Shown one piece after another: positions 26,041 to 34,151 of a stretch of DNA of 64,000 bases. A program made the translations under genes and the position numbers. The first letter of the stretch is position 1, and every line of letters starts with the position of its first letter. The stretch is from the NCBI GenBank assembly GCA_041665165.1, contig JBAYJJ010000001.1, positions 7,210-71,209 of the forward strand, in the 5' to 3' direction. The stretch comes from Patescibacteria group bacterium (GTDB taxonomy: Bacteria > Patescibacteriota > Patescibacteriia > 2-12-FULL-60-25). The notes under the pieces were generated by a model, which saw nothing but the letters and a program-made list of their open reading frames with translations, was not told the DNA's origin and searched no databases.

Positions 26041-28122
26041 TTAAGCGCTCATTTCGTCAATCAATTTGTTGATCAACCTCTTCAAATCATGCTCTTGCAC
26101 GATTCCCTGCCTGGCTCGTTCATCAGTGATTGGATTGGACAACAACCCTGCGAGTTTAACCAGAGCCGCCTCGTGATCAATCAAGGATGTGACTCCTGGC
26201 AATCCAAAATATTCTTCACCTTGAGCGAACACGGGCGTACCACAAGCCAAAGCCTCAAGCACGACCTTATCCAAGCTCCCGGTTTGGCTGGTGCTAATAA
26301 AGGCTGTTGCGCGCGCATAAATTTCCGGAAGATCCTCGCGCTTAATCGCACCAGTAAAAATCAGATGACCATCAACCCCAAGCTCGATTGCTTTTTTCTT
26401 CATCAGCTCCAGATAATCTTCGTGTCCCTCTGCTGTTCCGATCACTTTTAGTTTCCAATTAACATCCGGATGTTTGTGTTTAAACTCAGACATGAACTCC
26501 AGAGTATCTTCCAAGTGCTTGCGCGGATGAATGCGTGAAATCCAAAGAAGTTGAGGTTCGCGTTTCACGTCGAGTACTTTGAATTGTTCTGTGTCGATGC
26601 CATGGCCTACAATCGTCTTTTTCGGATGAGGAAGTCGTAAGCTCAAATCTGAAGCTGTAAAAGTCTTTTTGTTGAACCAGAGCGCGACCTTCAGCCACCA
26701 GGTGACGCTGCGGTGCATATACCACATGTACTTGCGCTTACCCAGCAAAATCCAAATAGGCGCGCCCAAAACCATAAGCTGGGGCGTCATATGCACCAGC
26801 ACAGCATCATATTGTTTGCGCAAGCGGAATGAGTAGTACCAGAGCTTCAGAACGCGCATGATTACTGATTTGCCCAAATCCTGACCCACAGCACCGCGCG
26901 GAAGGTCGGCAACCACCATGTGCCGCGTAAAGACAGCCATCTCACAGCCAGCATCCAAGAATTCTTGGATCCAACCGGCTGTAAACGCCAAAATCGGGTC
27001 ATTCTTATCAACAGACTGAGTCACGAACAATAATCGCAATTTTTTGTGGTTTTGGATTGCTGTTTGTAAAAAATCCATCATCTTGAACTGCGACGCGTTC
27101 CAAACAAATTCTTGTGCGCCTTGTTTGAATGCTTCTTGATTTTGGACAAGCGATTCCATGGCCTCAGCGAATTTTAGGGCATTGTCGATTGGCACAATCA
27201 GCCCGTTCTTCCCTGGCATGATGATTTCTTCAGCGCACCCCACGTCAGTCATGATCACAGGCGTTTTGTTTATCAATGATTCCAAGGCTGTCATGCCAAA
27301 ACCTTCGCGATCTGAAGTGATTAAGGTCGCGGTTGCGTTTCGGTAATAATCCGTCAAACTGTCTGCCCAAGGAATCAATTCAACCCTGTCCTCGAGTTTA
27401 AAATCCGCAATCAAACTTTTGATTTCAGCTACAAGCTGCCCAGATCCGATAATCAGCAGCTTGTATTCAGGCTGATTCGCTGAAAAAATCTTAAAAGCCT
27501 GGATGGCCAGGTCGATGCGTTTGATTTTAGTAAATCTGGCAACCAATAGAAAATACGGTTTCTTGTCTTCTAAATTAAGGCCGACTGGAACTGAATGAGT
27601 ATTCATCAAAGCTACCGGGAACCTCATAATTTTGTCTTGGCGAACTCCAAGCCTTAGCAAAGCTAGTTCTGTTTTTTTGCTTACAGCCCTGATCGCATCG
27701 GCGCGCTTTATTGCCCAGTGCGCAAAAATCGAGCGCAATCGGTTTGAGAATGATTCGCGCGCATAATAATCTCTATGAAAATGGTAGCCATGGTCTTGGA
27801 TGGCGAGCGCGCACTTAAAATATTTAGACGCGAACCAGCCTGCCAAAGCCGATTCTGCCGGGTCATATGTTGTCACAACATCAAACTTTTCTTGGCGCAT
27901 ACGGCGCGCGATCCGAATCGCGTCCCAGACATAAAACCAGCGGCTTTTTGAATTGGTCGAGATTATCCTGGTATTGCCGATGGCTTGGTCGAATTTGTTT
28001 TTAGCAAAAACCAAAATGACTGCTTTCTCAACTTCGTCCAGCTGCTCCAAAATCCTGCGCCTGATCGGCCCATCTTCAAACAGCTTTTTTTCTATGCTGA
28101 TGGATAAGACGCGGATTGCCAT
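26041..28122 (-). CDS. Two-module glycosyltransferase (GT4-like N-terminal half plus second GT-B module)
   Basis: The ATG at 28122 (MAIRVLS...) sits directly after the upstream stop at 28124; the track start at 28173 overlaps. The first module ends with ...LITSDREGFGMTALESL...PVIMTDVGCAEE. The second ends with ...STSQTGSLDKVVLEALACGTPVF. Confidence 0.7.
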   Translation of the reverse strand: MAIRVLSISIEKKLFEDGPIRRRILEQLDEVEKAVILVFAKNKFDQAIGNTRIISTNSKSRWFYVWDAIRIARRMRQEKFDVVTTYDPAESALAGWFASKYFKCALAIQDHGYHFHRDYYARESFSNRLRSIFAHWAIKRADAIRAVSKKTELALLRLGVRQDKIMRFPVALMNTHSVPVGLNLEDKKPYFLLVARFTKIKRIDLAIQAFKIFSANQPEYKLLIIGSGQLVAEIKSLIADFKLEDRVELIPWADSLTDYYRNATATLITSDREGFGMTALESLINKTPVIMTDVGCAEEIIMPGKNGLIVPIDNALKFAEAMESLVQNQEAFKQGAQEFVWNASQFKMMDFLQTAIQNHKKLRLLFVTQSVDKNDPILAFTAGWIQEFLDAGCEMAVFTRHMVVADLPRGAVGQDLGKSVIMRVLKLWYYSFRLRKQYDAVLVHMTPQLMVLGAPIWILLGKRKYMWYMHRSVTWWLKVALWFNKKTFTASDLSLRLPHPKKTIVGHGIDTEQFKVLDVKREPQLLWISRIHPRKHLEDTLEFMSEFKHKHPDVNWKLKVIGTAEGHEDYLELMKKKAIELGVDGHLIFTGAIKREDLPEIYARATAFISTSQTGSLDKVVLEALACGTPVFAQGEEYFGLPGVTSLIDHEAALVKLAGLLSNPITDERARQGIVQEHDLKRLINKLIDEMSA

Positions 28123-28123
28123 A

Positions 28124-30358
28124 TTAAATTTCGCTGACCAAAACCTCCAAAGTTGATTTGGCCATGTCCTCAAAACTATTTTGCTTCATGTTTTGCCCTG
28201 ATATAGAGTTCTGGGCTTGCAAAGCCTCAACCCAGGCCCGCTGGTCCAGATAAGGCAAGACCTTTACGCATCCAGGAAACAATTCAGCGGTTTCAGGATT
28301 GCCTCCGCGATCGCTCACCAAGCAAAATAGATTTTTAGAAACCGCCTCGACTACCACATGCGGAAAACCTTCATAGCCAGACGGCAAAACAAACACATCC
28401 GCGGCTGTGTACCATTTTGCCATTTGGTCCCTGGAGACACGGCCTAAAAACTTGACCCGATTGGAAACGTTTTTCGTTTCTGCAGAGTGTTTCAGATCTT
28501 CCAGCAAGGGGCCGTCGCCAGCCACGATAAGTATATAGTCGCTCGGCAAATCAGCGATGCATGAAACCAAAAAATCAACGTTCTTCCAAGGCACTGCCCT
28601 GACAGCAGTCAAGATCGCTTTTTTGCCGACAAGGCCGAACTCTTGCCTTATCTGCTCGCGGTCTGCGGTCAAAGCCAAAGGCGCAATGCTGTTGTAAATG
28701 ACTTTGATCTTGTCTGGCTTTACTCCCCACTTTTCCACGATTGTCTTCAAGTATTTGCTCGGCACAATCACAGCATCAGACCTTTTTGCCACAAATCTCT
28801 CAATCCCTTCCAAAATCCTGATGCTTCCTGAATGTTTGTGCGCGACAAACTCATCCAACAATTCTAATTTACGTCCTGCGTCGCTCGTCCCACGTCCTGC
28901 GTCAGTTTGATACTTTTCCCAAGCTTGGTCGCCGACGACTTTGATGACAAAACGGACGTTGCGGAGACGCGCGGCAAAATACGCCGGAAGACCGTCTGAG
29001 GCCGCACCCATGGCATATACTACATCCGCGCCTTTGACCTGTTTATAGACTTCCTTGAAAAACCGCCAAAACCTTAGTGCGGATTTGCGCCCAATCCTGA
29101 TGACTGGAAACTCTGTGTTGGTTTTTTCCGGCCTGTCTCCATATGCAACTACAAATGGAGCGTGCCCTATTTTCACAAGCTCTGTTGAAAAGCCTTTGAC
29201 ATATCCAGCTGGCCCGCCAATATCCGGCGGATAAATGCTGGAGGCAAACACAATCCTTTTTTGCGCAGCAAGCTTATCCCAAAGCGTATGGTATTTTGAG
29301 ATACAGGCTGCCCAATCGAAGTTCTCGGCGAATAACTGACCCTCTTTGCCCATTTGTTCTGCGAGTTGTTGGTCGTTGAGCAAAGTGATTAATTTCTCGG
29401 CCGCGGCCTGGTAATCATCGCGTTCGACGAGATAACCAGTCTTGCCATCAATCAATGCTTCTGGGATTCCGCCGACCCTTGTTGCTACTGTCGGCAAACC
29501 CGCAGCCGCGGCCTCAAGCAAAACAATACCTTGACCTTCGCCGCGCGACAAAAGCGAGAAGACAGAGCCTGTACGCAACACGCGCATTGCACCTTCATGA
29601 TCTTTTTTGCCGGTGAATGTCACTTTCTCAGAACAGCCCTGATCTTTTGCAAGCTGCTCAAGTGATGATTGCTCATCACCGTATCCGACCAAGTAGAGCT
29701 CTGCTTGCGGAACTTGTTTCAAGACCAGTGCAAAAGCTTTTATCAGACAGTCCACGCCTTTTTCTTTGGAGTAGCGCGCAATGCACACGATGCGATTTGG
29801 AGTTTTTTGTTCAGGAAGATTCTTGACCAAGTTCAAATCAACGCCATTGGGGATGACCTCGACATTACCGCCACCCCTGATCTTAAGTGCGCGATTTGCC
29901 AAAAATTGGCTGATGGCCGTGACTTCATCTGGCACGGTGTGGATTTTTTCCCAAAGCCAACTCATGGGCCATTTTCTCAATTTAGGATCTTCATCCAAAT
30001 TGCCGCTTTGCAAAGTCAGGACTGCACGGATTTTCGGTCTCAGCCATTTGATCAAAATCAAACCCATGGCCGCATGGCTTTCCATGACTGCATGCACGAT
30101 TTGCGGCTTGAGCTTCAAAACCGGGATTACGCACAAAAACGGATATAGAAACTTATCGAAAAGATGCCCTACCCCAACCCGGATAATAAGCACCCCATTG
30201 TCATTTTCGCGCCTGGCCAGGCTCCTGTCCCTAAGGCCGGCTATGACCACAATCTGCCTGTCGCCATGCCTGTCTGCCAGCTCCTGGACGCATAATTCAG
30301 CCCCGCTGATGAAGGGCTTATAGAACGTGGTTAAGATGACAATCGGACTTTTTTGCAT
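28124..30358 (-). CDS. Two-module GT4 glycosyltransferase
   Basis: 744 aa. Module 1 carries ...LLSRGEGQGIVLLEAAAAGLPTVATRVGGIPE and module 2 carries ...LPSGYEGFPHVVVEAVSKNLFCLVSDRGGNPE (two EX7E-type motifs). The modules are joined by a linker that carries a heptamer array. Confidence 0.75.
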   Translation of the reverse strand: MQKSPIVILTTFYKPFISGAELCVQELADRHGDRQIVVIAGLRDRSLARRENDNGVLIIRVGVGHLFDKFLYPFLCVIPVLKLKPQIVHAVMESHAAMGLILIKWLRPKIRAVLTLQSGNLDEDPKLRKWPMSWLWEKIHTVPDEVTAISQFLANRALKIRGGGNVEVIPNGVDLNLVKNLPEQKTPNRIVCIARYSKEKGVDCLIKAFALVLKQVPQAELYLVGYGDEQSSLEQLAKDQGCSEKVTFTGKKDHEGAMRVLRTGSVFSLLSRGEGQGIVLLEAAAAGLPTVATRVGGIPEALIDGKTGYLVERDDYQAAAEKLITLLNDQQLAEQMGKEGQLFAENFDWAACISKYHTLWDKLAAQKRIVFASSIYPPDIGGPAGYVKGFSTELVKIGHAPFVVAYGDRPEKTNTEFPVIRIGRKSALRFWRFFKEVYKQVKGADVVYAMGAASDGLPAYFAARLRNVRFVIKVVGDQAWEKYQTDAGRGTSDAGRKLELLDEFVAHKHSGSIRILEGIERFVAKRSDAVIVPSKYLKTIVEKWGVKPDKIKVIYNSIAPLALTADREQIRQEFGLVGKKAILTAVRAVPWKNVDFLVSCIADLPSDYILIVAGDGPLLEDLKHSAETKNVSNRVKFLGRVSRDQMAKWYTAADVFVLPSGYEGFPHVVVEAVSKNLFCLVSDRGGNPETAELFPGCVKVLPYLDQRAWVEALQAQNSISGQNMKQNSFEDMAKSTLEVLVSEI
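28869..28903. repeat. Degenerate heptamer tandem array inside a CDS linker
   Basis: Plus-strand units are TTACGTC CTGCGTC GCTCGTC CCACGTC CTGCGTC. On the coding strand these read GACGCAG GACGTGG GACGAGC GACGCAG GACGTAA and encode TDAGRGTSDAGRK between the two GT modules. Confidence 0.7.
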
Positions 30359-30413
30359 ATTTTAGCCAAAAATCAGGCTTTAGCTTGAACTTATTCTACA
30401 GCCAATTAAGCGA

Positions 30414-30442
30414 AAAATACACTAGATTGCGCAATTAATCAA
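30414..30442 (-). promoter_or_regulatory. Possible promoter for the large glycosyltransferase operon
   Basis: On the minus strand: TTGATT (30442-30437), a 17-nt spacer, then TATTTT (30419-30414). Confidence 0.35.
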
Positions 30443-30456
30443 GACTGTTGCCAATT

Positions 30457-31953
30457 ATGCCTTTTCAGGACATAATGCCAAAAGATATGACCATCCTCAT
30501 CACTGGCGGAGCCGGCGCTTTAGGGTCTTACCTAGTCCGCAAATACCTGGCCGAAGGGCACAGGGTTATTTGTTTGGACAATCTGATGAAAACGCGGAAT
30601 ACGGAAAATATCGATGCATTCATGCACGACAAGAACTTCACGTTCATCAAACACGACATAAACGACAAAATAGACTTCTCGGAAAAAATCGATTGGATTT
30701 TCAATGCCGCTTGCCCGGTCTCGTGCATTTCTCTGCAGATCGATCCGATCCACACGGTCCAATCCTGCACAACCGGGGTAATCAACATGCTTGAGCTGGC
30801 GCGCAAGCACAACGCAAAGTTTTTGCAATGCTCTTCGGCTGATATTTATGGCGAGATGGGCGACCATCCGTTCAAGGAGACTGACCGCGGCTCAACCAAT
30901 ACCCTCTCCCCTCGCGCCTGTTATGAAGAGGGAAAAAGAATTGCCGAGACTCTTTGCATGGATTTCCACCGCAAATACGGAGTGGAAATCAAGATCGCAC
31001 GCATCTTCAACACTGCTGGTCCGCACACGCAGATGACGGACGGCCGCATACCTTCGATTTTCATCTACAATGCCTTGGCTCAACGCCCGCTCAGGATCTA
31101 TGGCGATGGAACACAAACACGCTGCTTTCAGCATGTAGAAGATTTGGTTGAGGGCATGGATAAATTCATGAAGACATCAGCTGACGTGACCGGCCCGATC
31201 AATATCGGCAACACGCAAGAAATCACAGTACTGGAGCTGGCCAAAAAGATAGTCGAAAAGACCAGATCAAAATCAGAGATAATCTTCGATCGTGCGGACG
31301 ATGCTCCGAAATTGCGCAAGCCTGACACGTCATTGGCCAAATCTGTTTTGAATTGGGAGCCAAAAAAATCTTTGGATGAATTATTGGATGACATGATTGC
31401 GCACTACAGGTCAAAAGGCCTGCCCGAAAGCACAGTGCTGGTTTTCGCGGTCACCTATTACCCGAACAACGGCCCAGCAGAAAATGCGCTCATGGCTTTG
31501 GCGCGTCAAATGCCAGAAACAGAGTTCCATGTCGTGACTACGCGCTTCAGCCGTGACAACCGCGCATTTGATCATTACGACAATGTCACGGTCTACCGCG
31601 TTGGCTTTGGCTCGCCTTTTGACAGGTTTTTGCTGCCGATTTTGGGCGCAATCAAAGCCAGAAGCCTTAACCGCAAATACCATTACCGTTTCATGTGGTC
31701 TATCATGGCCAGCTATGGCGCACTGATAGGGTTATTTTTAAAACTCCTGGGCAACAAAGCTTCGTTCATCCTCATGCACGATGACAGCGAAAAAATCTCA
31801 GGCTGGCGCAAAAAATTGGCAAACTATATTGAGAAGCGCTCAGACTCTGTGGTAGACAAGGCGCTCGAGACCGACATTTTTATCCATAAAATCCGCGAAA
31901 CATATCACGAGCTGACCGCCAAACAGGAAGGCAAATTACTGAGGCCACTGTAA
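30457..31953 (+). CDS. UDP-glucuronate decarboxylase-like SDR fused to a GT4 N-terminal-type half domain
   Basis: The track start at 30448 is a TTG; ATGs occur at 30457, 30475 and 30487 (MTILITGGAG). The SDR part has GGAGALGS and YEEGKR (YxxxK) with a UXS-like overall pattern. The last ~180 aa (VLVFAVTYYPNNGPAEN...HVVTTR...) resemble only the N-terminal half of a GT-B enzyme. Confidence 0.7.
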   Translation: MPFQDIMPKDMTILITGGAGALGSYLVRKYLAEGHRVICLDNLMKTRNTENIDAFMHDKNFTFIKHDINDKIDFSEKIDWIFNAACPVSCISLQIDPIHTVQSCTTGVINMLELARKHNAKFLQCSSADIYGEMGDHPFKETDRGSTNTLSPRACYEEGKRIAETLCMDFHRKYGVEIKIARIFNTAGPHTQMTDGRIPSIFIYNALAQRPLRIYGDGTQTRCFQHVEDLVEGMDKFMKTSADVTGPINIGNTQEITVLELAKKIVEKTRSKSEIIFDRADDAPKLRKPDTSLAKSVLNWEPKKSLDELLDDMIAHYRSKGLPESTVLVFAVTYYPNNGPAENALMALARQMPETEFHVVTTRFSRDNRAFDHYDNVTVYRVGFGSPFDRFLLPILGAIKARSLNRKYHYRFMWSIMASYGALIGLFLKLLGNKASFILMHDDSEKISGWRKKLANYIEKRSDSVVDKALETDIFIHKIRETYHELTAKQEGKLLRPL

Positions 31954-31965
31954 TTTAGATTTAAT

Positions 31966-32041
31966 CCTCTTCGCTTCTCCTTTTTGTAATTAATCAGTCA
32001 GTCCAGCTTTCAATTAATTAGGAAAGGAGACTTTAACGCAC
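31966..32041 (-). repeat. Repeat family B, copy 3 (reverse orientation, with an insert in the loop)
   Basis: CCTCTTCGCTTCTCCTTT (31966-31983) and AAAGGAGACTTTAACGCAC (32024-32041) are reverse complements of the two ends of the core GTACGTTAAAGTCTCCTT..AAAGGAGAAGCGAAGAGG found at 57385-57420 and 58268-58306. The two ends are separated by a 40-nt AT-rich palindromic insert. Confidence 0.6.
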
Positions 32042-32045
32042 AGGA

Positions 32046-32073
32046 AACAAAAAAGCCGCGAGAAGTTGCGGCT
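32046..32073 (-). terminator. Rho-independent terminator overlapping the stop codon
   Basis: Stem AGCCGCG/TGCGGCT (32054-32060 / 32067-32073). On the minus strand it is followed by TTTTTGTT. The stop codon of the 32072 gene lies inside the stem. Confidence 0.6.
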
Positions 32074-32773
32074 ACGATTCCAGCAGATGCGCCATATATT
32101 GGCGCATCTTTTCGAGATCAGCGAGGTGACCCTTGTCCGTGTAAGTCAGGCGCCGATCGACTTCGGCCTCAGCGGTCTTGACCAACCCGTCGATCCCCGA
32201 GGCGTATCCGGACTGTTTGTGGAGCTCGGAGGCGGCCTTGATCTGCGATCCGATGCCCGTGTCCACCAGCAACGGATAAATCCGCGGAAGCGGCAGACGC
32301 GCCTCGTCGAAGAGCTCAATGCAAGCCTGGATGAACGTGAGATATGAGCGCGGCGTATGCCACGAACCGCCGGTCTGCAGAACTATGCCAGTGGGCGGCT
32401 CGGCGACCAACCTCTTGGCCGCATTCATGGACTGCATGCGTGCGTGGTTTCCGACTTCGTCGGCTTCGATGCGGAAAAAGGGTGGATGAGCGACACCGCC
32501 AACAGCGGCCCACAACTTGTTAATGAGCTCTTTGTTGTACAATTCGCCCTTTTCCCTCTCCTCGGGATTGGTGCCAGTACAGATGAAGCGCTTGGCTTGA
32601 ACACGTTCTGCACACTTAAGCGCCTGGGATACTCGATTGCGCTCAAACACACCAGGCATGACCACCAAAATTTCCGCCCGGCGAATCGTGTTCGCATGAG
32701 TCATAAGGCACATAAGCAAACCGTCGATGATGGCGAGATCTTTCAAGGCCTTGAATTCGGCTTCTGTAGACAT
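32072..32773 (-). CDS. Hypothetical protein, weakly DUF218-like; G+C-rich single gene
   Basis: The start at ATG 32773 is preceded by GAAGGAGG, 6 nt upstream; the track start at 32818 is less likely. It has its own consensus promoter. ILVVMPG...EADEVGNHARMQSMNAAK...LQTGGSWHTPRSYLTF loosely follows the DUF218 pattern. A hand count on 32161-32220 gives 37/60 G+C. Confidence 0.55.
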   Translation of the reverse strand: MSTEAEFKALKDLAIIDGLLMCLMTHANTIRRAEILVVMPGVFERNRVSQALKCAERVQAKRFICTGTNPEEREKGELYNKELINKLWAAVGGVAHPPFFRIEADEVGNHARMQSMNAAKRLVAEPPTGIVLQTGGSWHTPRSYLTFIQACIELFDEARLPLPRIYPLLVDTGIGSQIKAASELHKQSGYASGIDGLVKTAEAEVDRRLTYTDKGHLADLEKMRQYMAHLLES

Positions 32774-32816
32774 CTTGTACCTCCTTCTGGTTGATGGGTC
32801 GAAACAGCGATTCCGC

Positions 32817-32845
32817 ATTTAAGCACTGTTTTTAAGGTTTGTCAA
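32817..32845 (-). promoter_or_regulatory. Sigma70-type promoter of the 32072-32773 gene
   Basis: On the minus strand: TTGACA (32845-32840), an exact 17-nt spacer, then TTAAAT (32822-32817). Confidence 0.5.
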
Positions 32846-32913
32846 TGGAGAAACCACATCAAATATAAGTAAAAATTTGACTAAATACAGCGTTTTCCTG
32901 TCTAATAGGCAGC

Positions 32914-34101
32914 ATGGACCAAAAAGGCCTGACAATGATCCTGGTCACGAGCCAGGATTGGGGCGGCGTACAAGCCTATGTTTTGGATTTGGCTCTGGCT
33001 CTAAAGTCACGGGGTTTGCCGGTGATTGTTTGTGCAGGAAGACCCGAGAAGTTAGAAGTTAGAAGTTTGAAGTTAGACGTAGGACGAGAACTGGGCGATA
33101 AATGTCTAGAAGCAGGAATTGAGTTTATCGAGTTAAAAAGAATGATCCGTGACATTAACCCGATCTCAAATACGCGCGCTTTATTTGAATTGATCTCTTT
33201 GTTTAAAAAACATCAGCCGCATACAGTCCACTTGAACTCCAGCATGATGGGCGCAGTCGGATCTTTGGCAGCAAGAATCGCTGGTATTCAGCGCGTTGTA
33301 TATTGCATTGGCGGCTGGGCATTCAATGAGCAGATCTCCAGCTGGAAAAAAAGTCTTTACATAACAATCGAAAAAATCTCAGCGCGCTGGAAAGATGTGA
33401 TCATCTGCGTACACCCTGGCGATGAAAAACTGGCGTTGGACATAAAAATCAAACCGCGCGAAAAAGTCATGACCATCCCAAATGGCATTGACGTCAACTT
33501 ATTCCAATCTCAACTTCGTGATCGCGAAACCGCGCATTCGTTGTTAGCTGAACGATGTACGATGTACGATGTACGATGTACGGTTGTTGGCACGGTCGCC
33601 AATTCTTATCCACCGAAAAATCTTTTTTGGTATCTTGAAGTGTGCAAAACAATCACAGACAAGCACCCTGATTTCAAATTCGTGATTATCGGAGATGGCC
33701 CGCAGTTTGAAGAGTTGAAAGCCAAGCATGCGTCTCTGAATCTACAAGACAAGGTGATTCTGACAGGCCGCTTTGAATCAAAACTGCTTTACACGGCTTT
33801 TGATATTTCTGTCTTGCCTTCAACCAAAGAAGGCATGCCACTTGCAGTCTTAGAATCCATGGCTGCCAAAGTCCCCTGCGTCGTGACTGACGTCGGCGGG
33901 TGCAGATGGATGCTGCAGGACGAACAAGGCAGCGCTGGACTCGTGATCCCGCCAAACGACGACAAAGCCCTTGAGCAAGCTATCGAAAAACTTGCGTCAA
34001 ATTCCCTATTACGCCAAGAATTAAGCCAGCGCGCCTACAACCTAGTCACTGAGAAATTTAACTTGCAGGACACTCTGAACAAAACAATTGAAACACTGTG
34101 A
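32914..34101 (+). CDS. GT4 glycosyltransferase carrying two in-frame heptamer arrays
   Basis: 395 aa. MILVTSQDWGGVQAYV (an alternative start at 32935 is possible), then ...LPSTKEGMPLAVLESMAAKVPCVVTDVGG (EX7E). Two low-complexity inserts, KLEVRSLKLDVGRE and ERCTMYDVRCTVVG, are encoded by period-7 DNA. Confidence 0.8.
   Translation: MDQKGLTMILVTSQDWGGVQAYVLDLALALKSRGLPVIVCAGRPEKLEVRSLKLDVGRELGDKCLEAGIEFIELKRMIRDINPISNTRALFELISLFKKHQPHTVHLNSSMMGAVGSLAARIAGIQRVVYCIGGWAFNEQISSWKKSLYITIEKISARWKDVIICVHPGDEKLALDIKIKPREKVMTIPNGIDVNLFQSQLRDRETAHSLLAERCTMYDVRCTVVGTVANSYPPKNLFWYLEVCKTITDKHPDFKFVIIGDGPQFEELKAKHASLNLQDKVILTGRFESKLLYTAFDISVLPSTKEGMPLAVLESMAAKVPCVVTDVGGCRWMLQDEQGSAGLVIPPNDDKALEQAIEKLASNSLLRQELSQRAYNLVTEKFNLQDTLNKTIETL
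33048..33089. repeat. Heptamer array, 6 units (42 nt, in frame)
   Basis: GAAGTTA GAAGTTA GAAGTTT GAAGTTA GACGTAG GACGAGA. Confidence 0.8.
33552..33586. repeat. Heptamer array: (ACGATGT)x4 perfect plus one degenerate unit
   Basis: ACGATGT ACGATGT ACGATGT ACGATGT ACGGTTG, inside the GT4 coding frame. Confidence 0.85.
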
Positions 34102-34123
34102 TTTGCACTAGTTTCGAATCTTG

Positions 34124-34151
34124 AGTTACAAGTTACGAGCTACGAGTATTA
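34124..34151. repeat. Heptamer array in a spacer, reaching the stop codon of the convergent gene
   Basis: AGTTACA AGTTACG AGCTACG AGTATTA. The last unit contains the TAA (34149-34151, minus strand) of the Wzy_C-TPR gene. Confidence 0.7.
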
